From an uncultured virus (IMG/VR IMGVR_UViG_3300006738_005066) (taxonomy: Duplodnaviria > Heunggongvirae > Uroviricota > Caudoviricetes), in the IMG/VR virus record IMGVR_UViG_3300006738_005066: a DNA stretch of 20,000 nt, one strand, 5' to 3'. The notes under the pieces were generated by a model. It saw nothing but the letters and a program-made list of their open reading frames with translations, ran no database searches and was not told the DNA's origin. Both the position numbers and the translations under genes were made by a program. Below are positions 1 through 8,939 of the stretch, piece by piece (the first letter of the stretch is position 1; each line of letters begins with the position of its first letter).

Positions 1-1
1 C

Positions 2-3000
2 AATTCAAATCAAACTGTTATTGTAAATCGTTTTGCCGGTAGTGGCTATGAAGTCATGTCCCGAGGCTACTTGGGCCCCGCACATGAAGAGATGTCGGTG
101 TATAGTGCTCTTCCTTACCATAACCTCTCAGTCATAAACTATGGCTTGTCGGGATCGGCATCTGTAGATCCTCTTGCGGCAAAAACCATTACCGTGGTGG
201 ACCAAATTGGGAAGAATCGGGGTCTAAACCAACGCGCAACGTTGCACTCTGGCCGCTTTGGCACAGACGCCGCTTACGGCTCCGTGTCAGCCTTCACTTA
301 TGATGTTCTTCCGTCCTGGCACAAGACCAATCGCAATGCCTTGAGTCGCCTGGAAATCAAACAAGCCGGCGCTATTGGAACAGCGTCGACCTATGATAAC
401 TTGTTTGTCCAGCATCAAATACCGCGTTCAGAGTTACAGTATGCTTGGATGACGGCTTCCTTAGATAAGCAAACCACGTTTAATCCTATCGGATTGGATC
501 GACCTTCCTGTATCAGTTCTTCTGTTCTGGACATGTTGATTACCAGCAGCGACATTCAGACTGGCGTGAACACATCCCAATACCGGCATCTCGATGTCAT
601 CCACAATTGGGCATTCTTCGGGCTCGATGCCGGCTCGTCATTCGCTATGGCCGAATATACCAGCTTTGGGGTATCCTTTGCAGGAATGAATACTACAGTT
701 TACGAGCCCGTTAGTAGTTCTGAGCACATTCTTGGCTTCCCGGAGATGACCGTCGATAACTGGGATCCCAGTGCTACAGATCAGGAACTCTGGTCTCGCG
801 TTAACTATATTAATCCGTTTACGCATCAATACAGCCTGAATCCCTCGTCCCAAGGGTTCGTCATTGGCGGCCTCGTCCACACCGTCGTCCCGACTTACCC
901 AGGAAAGGCCGCAGTTCTTAACGCCATTATACTTAAGCGCCACGGCCCATACGGCTGGCCAACATGGAAACAGATCCGCGGTGGTGACCACCCAGTTGCC
1001 CGGACCCTAAGAAAAGAGAACAAGGTTACACTTGTACATGGACCCCCAATGATTTCCAATGGCCCCGGACAGGGCGAGAGCCGCGCCCTTAAGTCAAATG
1101 GCTTCACCGATTACATCGAATCCCCAGTTTCTTATGCTCGGTCGAAGCCCATCACTTTTGCTTTCGAGGACAATACTGATAATCCGGATGCTCCAATTAA
1201 CAATCTGTCTTTGAAGGTGAGTTACGGCAATGATCTACAGTACTTTGATAGTCACGGATTGAATAGTCGTTTAGGTCTTACGGCCCGCAAGTCTGCTGCT
1301 GAAGAGAACGCATTTACGTCTGTGGTCGATTTTAGCCGCAACTCAGATTTAAGTGTGGTGATTAGAACTGGTCAGAAGATTCTCCCCACCGCCTTAAACG
1401 AGGGCCTTGCGAAGGTTCGCAAGAGAGAAAACTATGACATCTCAGACATTTGGAATACTGTGAGAGAATTTCGAAGCCCTGCCACTGGTGCAATAAATTC
1501 GTGGGGCGTTCATACCGACCCTAGCGCCAGCGTGTGGCCCTTGGATGCCCCTCTTGTCATGGCAGGTCCGAACATGAGGTTCGCAAATTCTAGTGGTATC
1601 GGTTCAACCATGAACATGCCGGGCACCGGTTCCGGCGCCGGAGACTTAATAAATAATTATATGTGGTTCGCCCCTAGGGGAACGTCCGGCTTCGGCGATG
1701 GCAGCGGCGCTCGGGGATACTGCTCAGGGTCGACCACAGCGACGTATGTCATGCCCCTGCGTGTAGGCCAGAGAAGCTTTCAAACTGCCAGTTATTTTAC
1801 TGCCAATCCTACAGATGCCGAGTATGTCATTATTACGGCGCCGCAGTGGGAAGCCCCGGCTCAAGCTGGCATTCAGCCTTATCAGCCTTATGTAGATTAT
1901 TCTAACCTGATTGATAGACTTGGGCGACATATGACCATACTTCCAGAATTCAGAATTAGTGAGCATGTAGAATCTGTAGTAGAAAATTATGGTGGCGACT
2001 TTTTGCAAAAATTCGATAACATGTTTTCACTTAGCGGAGGAACTCCCCCGAATAGCTCAGATAGTGAATTCTTTAAGACCTACTCTACCACCGACTTTTT
2101 GCAGAATTTCCGGGTCGTCGATGATAATTTAGCCAACCAGAATACTGCTACGAGCACTATTCGTCGGCAGTCTATCGAACTTACATGCGATGCAATACTT
2201 CAGTTCTTGCCTTATAAAGGATTTTATCCCGTGGAAAGAACTATGGAGCTATCGACGCTGTTTTCCAAATCGATGGGAGGCATCGCTAAGGCCGACACCC
2301 AACAGGGCGATTATGACATTAATGCCTTTAAGCGCAATGTCTTTGCGCCTCTGATGGCTCCCGGAATTTTATTTAATACCATTAAAGCCGGCGTCGCAGT
2401 GGGTAACTTTGTTATCTGCCATTCTCAGTCAATCGCGGCTAGCGACATTGGGCCACCGGCCGGCTATGACGGTGCGGTACCTTACAACCTGTATCAGTCT
2501 CCAAGTATGATGTATCTAGAGAGTAACCACTCCGGGAACATCGATTACCTTGAGGAATATTGCTTAGGCACGAGCCCTGTTAGTTGTAAATGGGGATCAC
2601 CCTCTGCGACCAAGCCGAACCCGGGCTTCTTTCCTTGTATAAACGTGGCCGGCTCCAGTTCAGCCGGAGAAAACATGTTTAATGGATATTTTATGCACAT
2701 GATTCCGTTTGAAGCCATTCGGGATCCAGAAAGATATTTGAATTCCGATAACATTCCTAATGGTCGAATTTTTGATTCAGGTCTTTACAGCAGTAGTTTT
2801 GCTAGCCTCCATGCTGGCACAGATGTGAGTTATGGCTCAGACCAGGACGACCTCTCATCCGAGTGGGCCGGGTGTCAGAATGGCGTTGCTTATAAGGGCG
2901 AGCGATCGCCCCTTTTCAAGTATGCGGTGGATAACTTTTTGTGCGAGACTTATAATTTCTTTTTGGGCTCGCCCTCTGAATCGTCGTTGTTATCTGCCGA

Positions 3001-4888
3001 TGAAGGTGCTTTTGCTCCGGTTACAAAAGATGATTATTATGCTATGAAAATCAGTTTATCCAACCGAACAGCCATCAGCGGCACCCATGGCTACACCGAC
3101 CAACAACTCAGCGACCTGGCTACGAACGACATTTTAAAGGGGTTCGGGATGTATAGTCGTGCGTCTGCTTTTGGTCCTCCTTGTATACTTTCGGGCACCA
3201 ACTCCAGCAACTACGGCACTGGGTCCGGCCTCGGCGCCATTCGATATCCTAGTTTCGAACACGTACTGCCTTCCCATTTTTATGGATCTAGTCACGCTAC
3301 CATAATTTTCAAAGCTCCCTGGACCGGCCGCGCTAGCTTAGACGACATTATTGGCAATTCAGTAGTAGAGTATAGCAAAGCCACGCAGTGGGGCGACCCC
3401 GAGCGGGACCCCTCGGTGAAGAATAAGCTGTACTCCCCAATAATTCATAACTATGATGTAGCGGATCGAGCAACGATCATTCAACAGATAACTTCAAGCC
3501 TAGAAGTGTTTGAAAAAGTGCTATCAGTTCCAGAAGGCACCAATGAAACCAAGAGCCGATGGCTGATTCGGCCTAAATTTGAGACCCCGATACAGAATTT
3601 TTACAACGTCGATACTCAGAGGTATACTCAAGCGACGGGAACTCTTCATCCATACGGATCCGCCGCCACCGCCGGCTTCCAGATTCGCGGCATGTGGCAC
3701 CAGCACGGTAAGCCCTTAGAGGGCGGTGAAGGAAGCTTTGTGAGTCTCACTGACTTACCTCAAAAAGTAAGTTCTTCAACCTACGGTCTCATCCGGCCCA
3801 AGTCTTTGGTGGATGTCGTGGGATTTGAGAGGAAAGAGACACAGTTGGGAATTTGTCCGTTTAGCAAAAAACTTGAAGAAGCCGTTGTTGCGGTTCCTTT
3901 TGTAGTACAAAATGGAGAGAGGAGATTCTTTGACATTCAGAGGCAGTCACATGAATATGTAAGTCAGATTGCTTTACTCAATAAATATGTTTTCCCCCCT
4001 ACTTTTGATTTCTTAACCAACCCGAGTGTAACCCCCTTCGCTTTCTATGCCTTTGAGTTTAGTATGGAAGTGTCACAAGTGGATCTCTATAACATGTGGC
4101 AGAACCTACCCCCAGAGGCAGCTTCCCAATTTAAAAAATCAACCGCCACTATTAAGATTAAGAGGCTGGTAAACGAGCTCCTTGAGGGGAATCTTGAAAC
4201 GAGTGAGCTTCAGTGGATGGTTTTTAAAGTTAAACGAAAGGCAGAAAAAGACTATAACATTTATACGCGAACTAATCTTACACCGGAGACTCCGATAGTG
4301 CAACCGTCTCTTCGGACCAAATACTCCTATAACTGGCCTTATGATTACTTCTCTATGGTGGAGCTAGTTAGTGTGGATCAGACTGTGGTGTATGCCACTG
4401 AAGATATTATACCTGAGGATGATGCGGAAGACCCAGTTCCGCCAGACTTGCGGAGATTTATCCCCGCACCTGAAGACATGGATCTCACAATGACACCTGG
4501 CACAGCACTGTTAGAAGAAGCCAGCGAAGGAATTGTGATCGGAGCCATGACTGCTATGGCGTTGCCACAGCCCTCGCAGCGTCCACGGCCAAGGGGTGTT
4601 TTGAGGGTGCCTACAGTCCGACCTCGCGCCAACGTAACGCAGCGCCGACGACGTGCACAGTCGGTGCGCAATAGGCGCCCCAGGCCAGCCACCACCAGAG
4701 TCCCTCGCCGCACTCAACGCCCGCCTAGGCGCACATCTCGTGCAGAAAGGGCACAGCTTCGACAAAGAGCGCGGCAGCGTACCACACGGCGCCGTCAGCG
4801 TCGCCGCGTAGCAGAGACACTGAGGAGAATTTTTGATCCTCTGGGTCTGTTCACCCCCCGTCGCCGACGTCGAAGAAGGAGGAGGTAG
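2..4888 (+). CDS. Very large hypothetical phage protein, probably virion structural; 5'-truncated; Arg-rich C-terminal tail
   Basis: Frame is open from base 2 (NSNQTVIVNRFAGSGYEV then M at 56), so the true start is probably upstream of the window. S/T/G/N-rich body, no enzyme motif recognised, ends in R9 then TAG. Structural role inferred from size, composition and neighbours. Confidence 0.7.
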   Translation, partial: NSNQTVIVNRFAGSGYEVMSRGYLGPAHEEMSVYSALPYHNLSVINYGLSGSASVDPLAAKTITVVDQIGKNRGLNQRATLHSGRFGTDAAYGSVSAFTYDVLPSWHKTNRNALSRLEIKQAGAIGTASTYDNLFVQHQIPRSELQYAWMTASLDKQTTFNPIGLDRPSCISSSVLDMLITSSDIQTGVNTSQYRHLDVIHNWAFFGLDAGSSFAMAEYTSFGVSFAGMNTTVYEPVSSSEHILGFPEMTVDNWDPSATDQELWSRVNYINPFTHQYSLNPSSQGFVIGGLVHTVVPTYPGKAAVLNAIILKRHGPYGWPTWKQIRGGDHPVARTLRKENKVTLVHGPPMISNGPGQGESRALKSNGFTDYIESPVSYARSKPITFAFEDNTDNPDAPINNLSLKVSYGNDLQYFDSHGLNSRLGLTARKSAAEENAFTSVVDFSRNSDLSVVIRTGQKILPTALNEGLAKVRKRENYDISDIWNTVREFRSPATGAINSWGVHTDPSASVWPLDAPLVMAGPNMRFANSSGIGSTMNMPGTGSGAGDLINNYMWFAPRGTSGFGDGSGARGYCSGSTTATYVMPLRVGQRSFQTASYFTANPTDAEYVIITAPQWEAPAQAGIQPYQPYVDYSNLIDRLGRHMTILPEFRISEHVESVVENYGGDFLQKFDNMFSLSGGTPPNSSDSEFFKTYSTTDFLQNFRVVDDNLANQNTATSTIRRQSIELTCDAILQFLPYKGFYPVERTMELSTLFSKSMGGIAKADTQQGDYDINAFKRNVFAPLMAPGILFNTIKAGVAVGNFVICHSQSIAASDIGPPAGYDGAVPYNLYQSPSMMYLESNHSGNIDYLEEYCLGTSPVSCKWGSPSATKPNPGFFPCINVAGSSSAGENMFNGYFMHMIPFEAIRDPERYLNSDNIPNGRIFDSGLYSSSFASLHAGTDVSYGSDQDDLSSEWAGCQNGVAYKGERSPLFKYAVDNFLCETYNFFLGSPSESSLLSADEGAFAPVTKDDYYAMKISLSNRTAISGTHGYTDQQLSDLATNDILKGFGMYSRASAFGPPCILSGTNSSNYGTGSGLGAIRYPSFEHVLPSHFYGSSHATIIFKAPWTGRASLDDIIGNSVVEYSKATQWGDPERDPSVKNKLYSPIIHNYDVADRATIIQQITSSLEVFEKVLSVPEGTNETKSRWLIRPKFETPIQNFYNVDTQRYTQATGTLHPYGSAATAGFQIRGMWHQHGKPLEGGEGSFVSLTDLPQKVSSSTYGLIRPKSLVDVVGFERKETQLGICPFSKKLEEAVVAVPFVVQNGERRFFDIQRQSHEYVSQIALLNKYVFPPTFDFLTNPSVTPFAFYAFEFSMEVSQVDLYNMWQNLPPEAASQFKKSTATIKIKRLVNELLEGNLETSELQWMVFKVKRKAEKDYNIYTRTNLTPETPIVQPSLRTKYSYNWPYDYFSMVELVSVDQTVVYATEDIIPEDDAEDPVPPDLRRFIPAPEDMDLTMTPGTALLEEASEGIVIGAMTAMALPQPSQRPRPRGVLRVPTVRPRANVTQRRRRAQSVRNRRPRPATTRVPRRTQRPPRRTSRAERAQLRQRARQRTTRRRQRRRVAETLRRIFDPLGLFTPRRRRRRRRR

Positions 4889-4891
4889 AAG

Positions 4892-5890
4892 GTGGTAGAA
4901 TTTTTCAATAAAAAAGAAGAGATTCTAGAAGTCCAACTGACCGAGTATGGCAAATATCTGTTGTCATTAGGAAAGCTAGACCCTGTTTACTATGCCTTCT
5001 TCGATGACGAGATTTTATATGATGTCCAAAGCGCAGGCCTCACAAGCGAAATTCAGAATGATGCGGACCGTCGCATACGCTATGAGACGCCCAATCTTAA
5101 GGTGGTACCCACCCGCACCGGCGCCGAAACTAGAGTAGCCCGCTTTATTGCCAATCTTGAAGGCGCCCTGGGCGCAGACAATTCAGACCCTGCCAACAAT
5201 ACCGAGGCTCTTCATCAGGAATCGTTTATTGAGACAGTTAATTTTTCTTCTTATCCACTTGGTACAGCTGACATGACGACTGACAAAATGGCCGCATGGT
5301 CTATCAGTGCCCTATCCAATAAGATAGATTCAGTAGAAGAATACATCATCACCAATCCATCGAGTAGTTATGCAACCATCAACAATGGAGTGATCACGAG
5401 AATCCCTCAGCTAAACATTGAGATTGACTATCAGACCTTTTATCGAAAGGGACTGTTAGGTGATGATGCAATAAGTGGCTATTTCACGGGCCCAGACATT
5501 GGCGCCGATTTGTATTTGGCGCTTAAAAAGGATTATTTAGTGTTGGACATTTTAGAGGGAAACACAAATTTCGATAAAGAAAATTATGATGTCGAAGTGT
5601 TCTTTCAGTCTCAAATGACAGGCTCGTCTGGCACTCCGGCAACTAGTCTTGAGGCCATGGCTTTTATAAAAGAGGACACCACTCAACTGGTGGCACCAAA
5701 GCCACTAGGAAATACAGAAACTAATGTTGGCGATGTAGAATATTATTTCAACTTATATTTAGATGATGAGATACCTGCAGACATTTTAGAGGAATTGAAT
5801 CTCACACAACGAGACATCGTCGCAAATGCAAGCAGGTTTAGTTTTAATCGCGATCTGTACGTAACGACAGATGATGAGGAGCCGTGCTAA
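4892..5890 (+). CDS. Putative tail/baseplate protein, acidic; N-terminus paralogous to 12679..13662
   Basis: GTG start 6 nt after AGGAGG (4880-4885). N-terminal ILEVQLTEYGKYLLSLG...YAFFDDEILY aligns with ILDAVLTDTGRMRLAKG...FALGDDEIDY of the 12679 gene. Confidence 0.6.
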   Translation: MVEFFNKKEEILEVQLTEYGKYLLSLGKLDPVYYAFFDDEILYDVQSAGLTSEIQNDADRRIRYETPNLKVVPTRTGAETRVARFIANLEGALGADNSDPANNTEALHQESFIETVNFSSYPLGTADMTTDKMAAWSISALSNKIDSVEEYIITNPSSSYATINNGVITRIPQLNIEIDYQTFYRKGLLGDDAISGYFTGPDIGADLYLALKKDYLVLDILEGNTNFDKENYDVEVFFQSQMTGSSGTPATSLEAMAFIKEDTTQLVAPKPLGNTETNVGDVEYYFNLYLDDEIPADILEELNLTQRDIVANASRFSFNRDLYVTTDDEEPC

Positions 5891-5891
5891 A

Positions 5892-8800
5892 ATGAAATTG
5901 TGTCCCCTTGGATTCGATGAGCCAGCCCAAGATCCATTGCCGGCTGTATTCGTAGAAAAAGTAAAAATTTTACCTACTGATTTTACGAATGATGAACAAC
6001 CCATAGAAATTACGTTATCCCTGCAGAAAGTGGGTCGCTCCAATTTGGCGTGGGAGTCTTTATATAAACATCCTTATAGAGTTTTCGCTGGAGTTTGTCA
6101 TTCCGAAGACTCGATAATCAAGATGGAGAATAACGACCTGTTGGTTAAAGACCTGATTCGCAACCCAAATAAAGCTTTAGGCAAAAAGGGGCGCCTCAAG
6201 AAATTTTATTTGGCCCCACCACCACTTCCGCAAAAAGCCCAATCTATGCGGCGCTACCCTAGCGCTCAGCTTCGGCCTTCTATTCTGGTGAATGCCCCGG
6301 AGAAATTTCGGTCACCCATAGAGGGCCTGGGCGCGCTGAAAAAGTCTATCACTTTTACTTACCGTTGCCCCATTAAGAGTTCTTCCAGAATTTACGTTTA
6401 TGCAGTTGCATATGGGGTGGATTTGCAGTCTGTTAGCACATCTGGCGTGGATAGAAAAATTAAAGCAATGAGAACCGGTCTTGCCGTTAGTGAAACTATA
6501 ATGCTCCCGGGTCCCATGGGCGAAGGGTGGTCCTCAGCCGCGGCCCGTATTTTTAGAGTGGATGCGCCGGGCTATCAAAAGCAGATTTGGACCGGACGAA
6601 CTGCACTCCTGGGAGACAATAAGCTTGTCGGCATCCCGGCTCCCGGATCCGATTACCCCAGTCCGCTTCCTTTAGTAGTTGAGACTGTTTCCAATCAAAA
6701 AATTATAGATTTAAGATTTTTAGATTCTCTTAATTCTTTACAGTTTACAAACTCCGAAAATAAAGGACAAGTTCTTTCGCCTCGTGAAAGGAAGGATTTA
6801 GAAAAAGCTGCAAAGGTGGTAAAACTTCCCTCTAAGGTATCAGATTGTAAGTTTTCCCGGACTCCCTCTAATGCTTTGAAGATTTTCTTTGAATTGGATT
6901 ACGGTCGCCTTGTCCGAGAAAACTCTCAGTTAGGGCATCTTTTTCAAAATGAAGACGCCCTGGCATCTTGCTATAGAATAGAGAACATACGTATCTACAG
7001 AACGCGCATCAAAGCAAACGTTCAGCCGAACGCGCTAACGCCAGGTAAAATGAACATTTGTGGAAGCAGTGTACGCGAACCAGGCAATACCGAGAAGCTC
7101 GTAGCTAGCCTAGGCAACGGAGGCCTCCGACAGGTGGGAGTTCAAGGTTTGAGTTCCGATTCTGGAATTTTAATGGCTTTTGTCGCTACCGACGAAGATA
7201 TAAAGAGCCACGGTACTGGAATGTACGAATATCGTGCGATTTTTGATATGACAGATTTGACTGCCACTGCGGTACAGAATAGTATTTCTGAGCTCCGACG
7301 TTTTTTGTCCTACTATAATAAGTTTTTAGCTGCCGCGGATCGCAACGGCCAGAAAGGCGTTGACATCAAGGCGATGCTAAAGCGAGATTCCATCAAATTA
7401 AAAGCACTCAACGAACAGTGGGCGCGCCTTATTAATTCGTTTCTTACATCTGTAGAGTTTATCTTCGGCGACATCGCATTTGAGAGATTTCCTTTATTAA
7501 GCTGGCACAAAAATCTTTTGGCCATGACAAATCCTATGAACGGAGACATCGGGGAGATGAGAAGAGTCGCAGAGATAATCGAAGGTTTTACTAGCAACCT
7601 CTCTCAAGCACTGCGACCACCCACAGCGCCCACGAGCGCAACCACCACTAACAATAAGTCCAAAGTCCAGGCTCAGAACAGTGCAAAAAGAAAAATTGTT
7701 TTAGAGCATGTTTTTAGAACAAATTGGGAGCAGCCCGGCTCTGCCAATGAAGGGAGTGATTATTTGGATGTAACCCAAGTCTTTGAAGATGATACTTTTA
7801 CGTGGATGCCTCAAGAGGGATTTCTTACGCGTCTAGATGGAGAAGTAACAAAATATGCGGTGCCTAATACAAACGATCCCGGAATCAACAAATTTGGTTT
7901 TCTTAGTCCACGGAGACTTAATACCAAGGGAAGTGTAATTGAGACCTCTACTCGTAGTCTAGAGCAAGAATTAGGCAATGGCATCCTTAACACAGCTTTG
8001 TCCCCTAATACGTCGCGATTTTCGAATCCTTTCATCACCAGCAATGAAAATCCTGTCGTCGCCGTCGGAGAAATAGATGACTTGCTGTCTTACGGGGGCC
8101 TTTCAGTTCAACCCCTTGCGCAACCCCTCAGAGAGATTCTAAAGAGTCCAAAGCCGCTCACAGATAAAACTTTTGTCTCCACGGATTATTTACCGGCAGA
8201 AAGCCCCTTTGTCCACCCGGATGTGACCGCGGAGGCGCAAGTGAGTGGATCTGCCATGACTGATGCTCAAATAATGAAGTTGGCATCTCGTAAGACAGAA
8301 ATAAAAGGCTCCGAAGTGGTCAAGCATCTAATTGGTGCTCAGGCCATCGGCTTCCGAGAGCCAGCTACGTTTGATGCTCCGGATGTGGCTGTGGGCTCCT
8401 TGGCCGCCGAAGCGGCTGTGCAGGCGCCAGGTAGTGTTAATTTAAATACTTCTTTTGGTAATGCGGTCAACTTCAATTCATTGGTACAAATCCAGTTTTT
8501 CAATGGTTATCATGTCACGGATGGAATAATAAATTTAAATGCCCCCCGTTGGGAAACTCTGCGTCGCCCTGAGTTTTTGCAGGCCATGGCGACGGTAGCA
8601 GATACCGGCACTCCGTTACTTTGTCGACTAGTACGGATTAATAAAACCTTAGATGAACCAAATCATTATGTGTTGCCACCTTATGACACCCTATTTACTT
8701 TAGGCTCATCAGCACAAATGAGCGACTCCACCTCGGCCCAACTTGGCGAAGGCGACTGGGAAGATTATGTTGACAATTTGTATGCAAAGCGGAAAAACTC

Positions 8801-8939
8801 TATGAAACTTCCAATCCTTAACTTAGAGAGCGCCGCTGCCTCGGTTGACGGTTCTTATTTAAGGGTGCGCCGGCCTTCCCGTCGACGCCGCGGCGAAGAA
8901 GATTCATCATCTACACCCACTGAGGGAGCATCTTACTAG
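5892..8939 (+). CDS. Large hypothetical phage protein (1015 aa), probably structural
   Basis: Long ORF. ATG at 5892, 1 nt after the previous TAA, is preferred over the track's 5871 start. Its TAG overlaps the next GTG (TAGTG). No family recognised. Confidence 0.6.
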   Translation: MKLCPLGFDEPAQDPLPAVFVEKVKILPTDFTNDEQPIEITLSLQKVGRSNLAWESLYKHPYRVFAGVCHSEDSIIKMENNDLLVKDLIRNPNKALGKKGRLKKFYLAPPPLPQKAQSMRRYPSAQLRPSILVNAPEKFRSPIEGLGALKKSITFTYRCPIKSSSRIYVYAVAYGVDLQSVSTSGVDRKIKAMRTGLAVSETIMLPGPMGEGWSSAAARIFRVDAPGYQKQIWTGRTALLGDNKLVGIPAPGSDYPSPLPLVVETVSNQKIIDLRFLDSLNSLQFTNSENKGQVLSPRERKDLEKAAKVVKLPSKVSDCKFSRTPSNALKIFFELDYGRLVRENSQLGHLFQNEDALASCYRIENIRIYRTRIKANVQPNALTPGKMNICGSSVREPGNTEKLVASLGNGGLRQVGVQGLSSDSGILMAFVATDEDIKSHGTGMYEYRAIFDMTDLTATAVQNSISELRRFLSYYNKFLAAADRNGQKGVDIKAMLKRDSIKLKALNEQWARLINSFLTSVEFIFGDIAFERFPLLSWHKNLLAMTNPMNGDIGEMRRVAEIIEGFTSNLSQALRPPTAPTSATTTNNKSKVQAQNSAKRKIVLEHVFRTNWEQPGSANEGSDYLDVTQVFEDDTFTWMPQEGFLTRLDGEVTKYAVPNTNDPGINKFGFLSPRRLNTKGSVIETSTRSLEQELGNGILNTALSPNTSRFSNPFITSNENPVVAVGEIDDLLSYGGLSVQPLAQPLREILKSPKPLTDKTFVSTDYLPAESPFVHPDVTAEAQVSGSAMTDAQIMKLASRKTEIKGSEVVKHLIGAQAIGFREPATFDAPDVAVGSLAAEAAVQAPGSVNLNTSFGNAVNFNSLVQIQFFNGYHVTDGIINLNAPRWETLRRPEFLQAMATVADTGTPLLCRLVRINKTLDEPNHYVLPPYDTLFTLGSSAQMSDSTSAQLGEGDWEDYVDNLYAKRKNSMKLPILNLESAAASVDGSYLRVRRPSRRRRGEEDSSSTPTEGASY

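Noticed and set aside
56..58. ATG at 56 as the true start of ORF1
   Set aside because: The frame is open to the window edge and there is no clear SD, so the gene probably begins upstream.
4886..4894. TAG recoding/readthrough (ORF1 is in frame with the 4892 gene across one TAG; likewise 17715-17724)
   Set aside because: The long ORFs contain no internal TAG, both downstream genes have their own SD, and other TAG stops are followed by genes in different frames. Standard code 11 explains everything. Low-level readthrough cannot be excluded but has no support.
5871..5891. Track start (MMRSRAK) for the 1022-aa ORF
   Set aside because: The ATG at 5892 directly after the upstream TAA fits the coupling pattern of this operon better.
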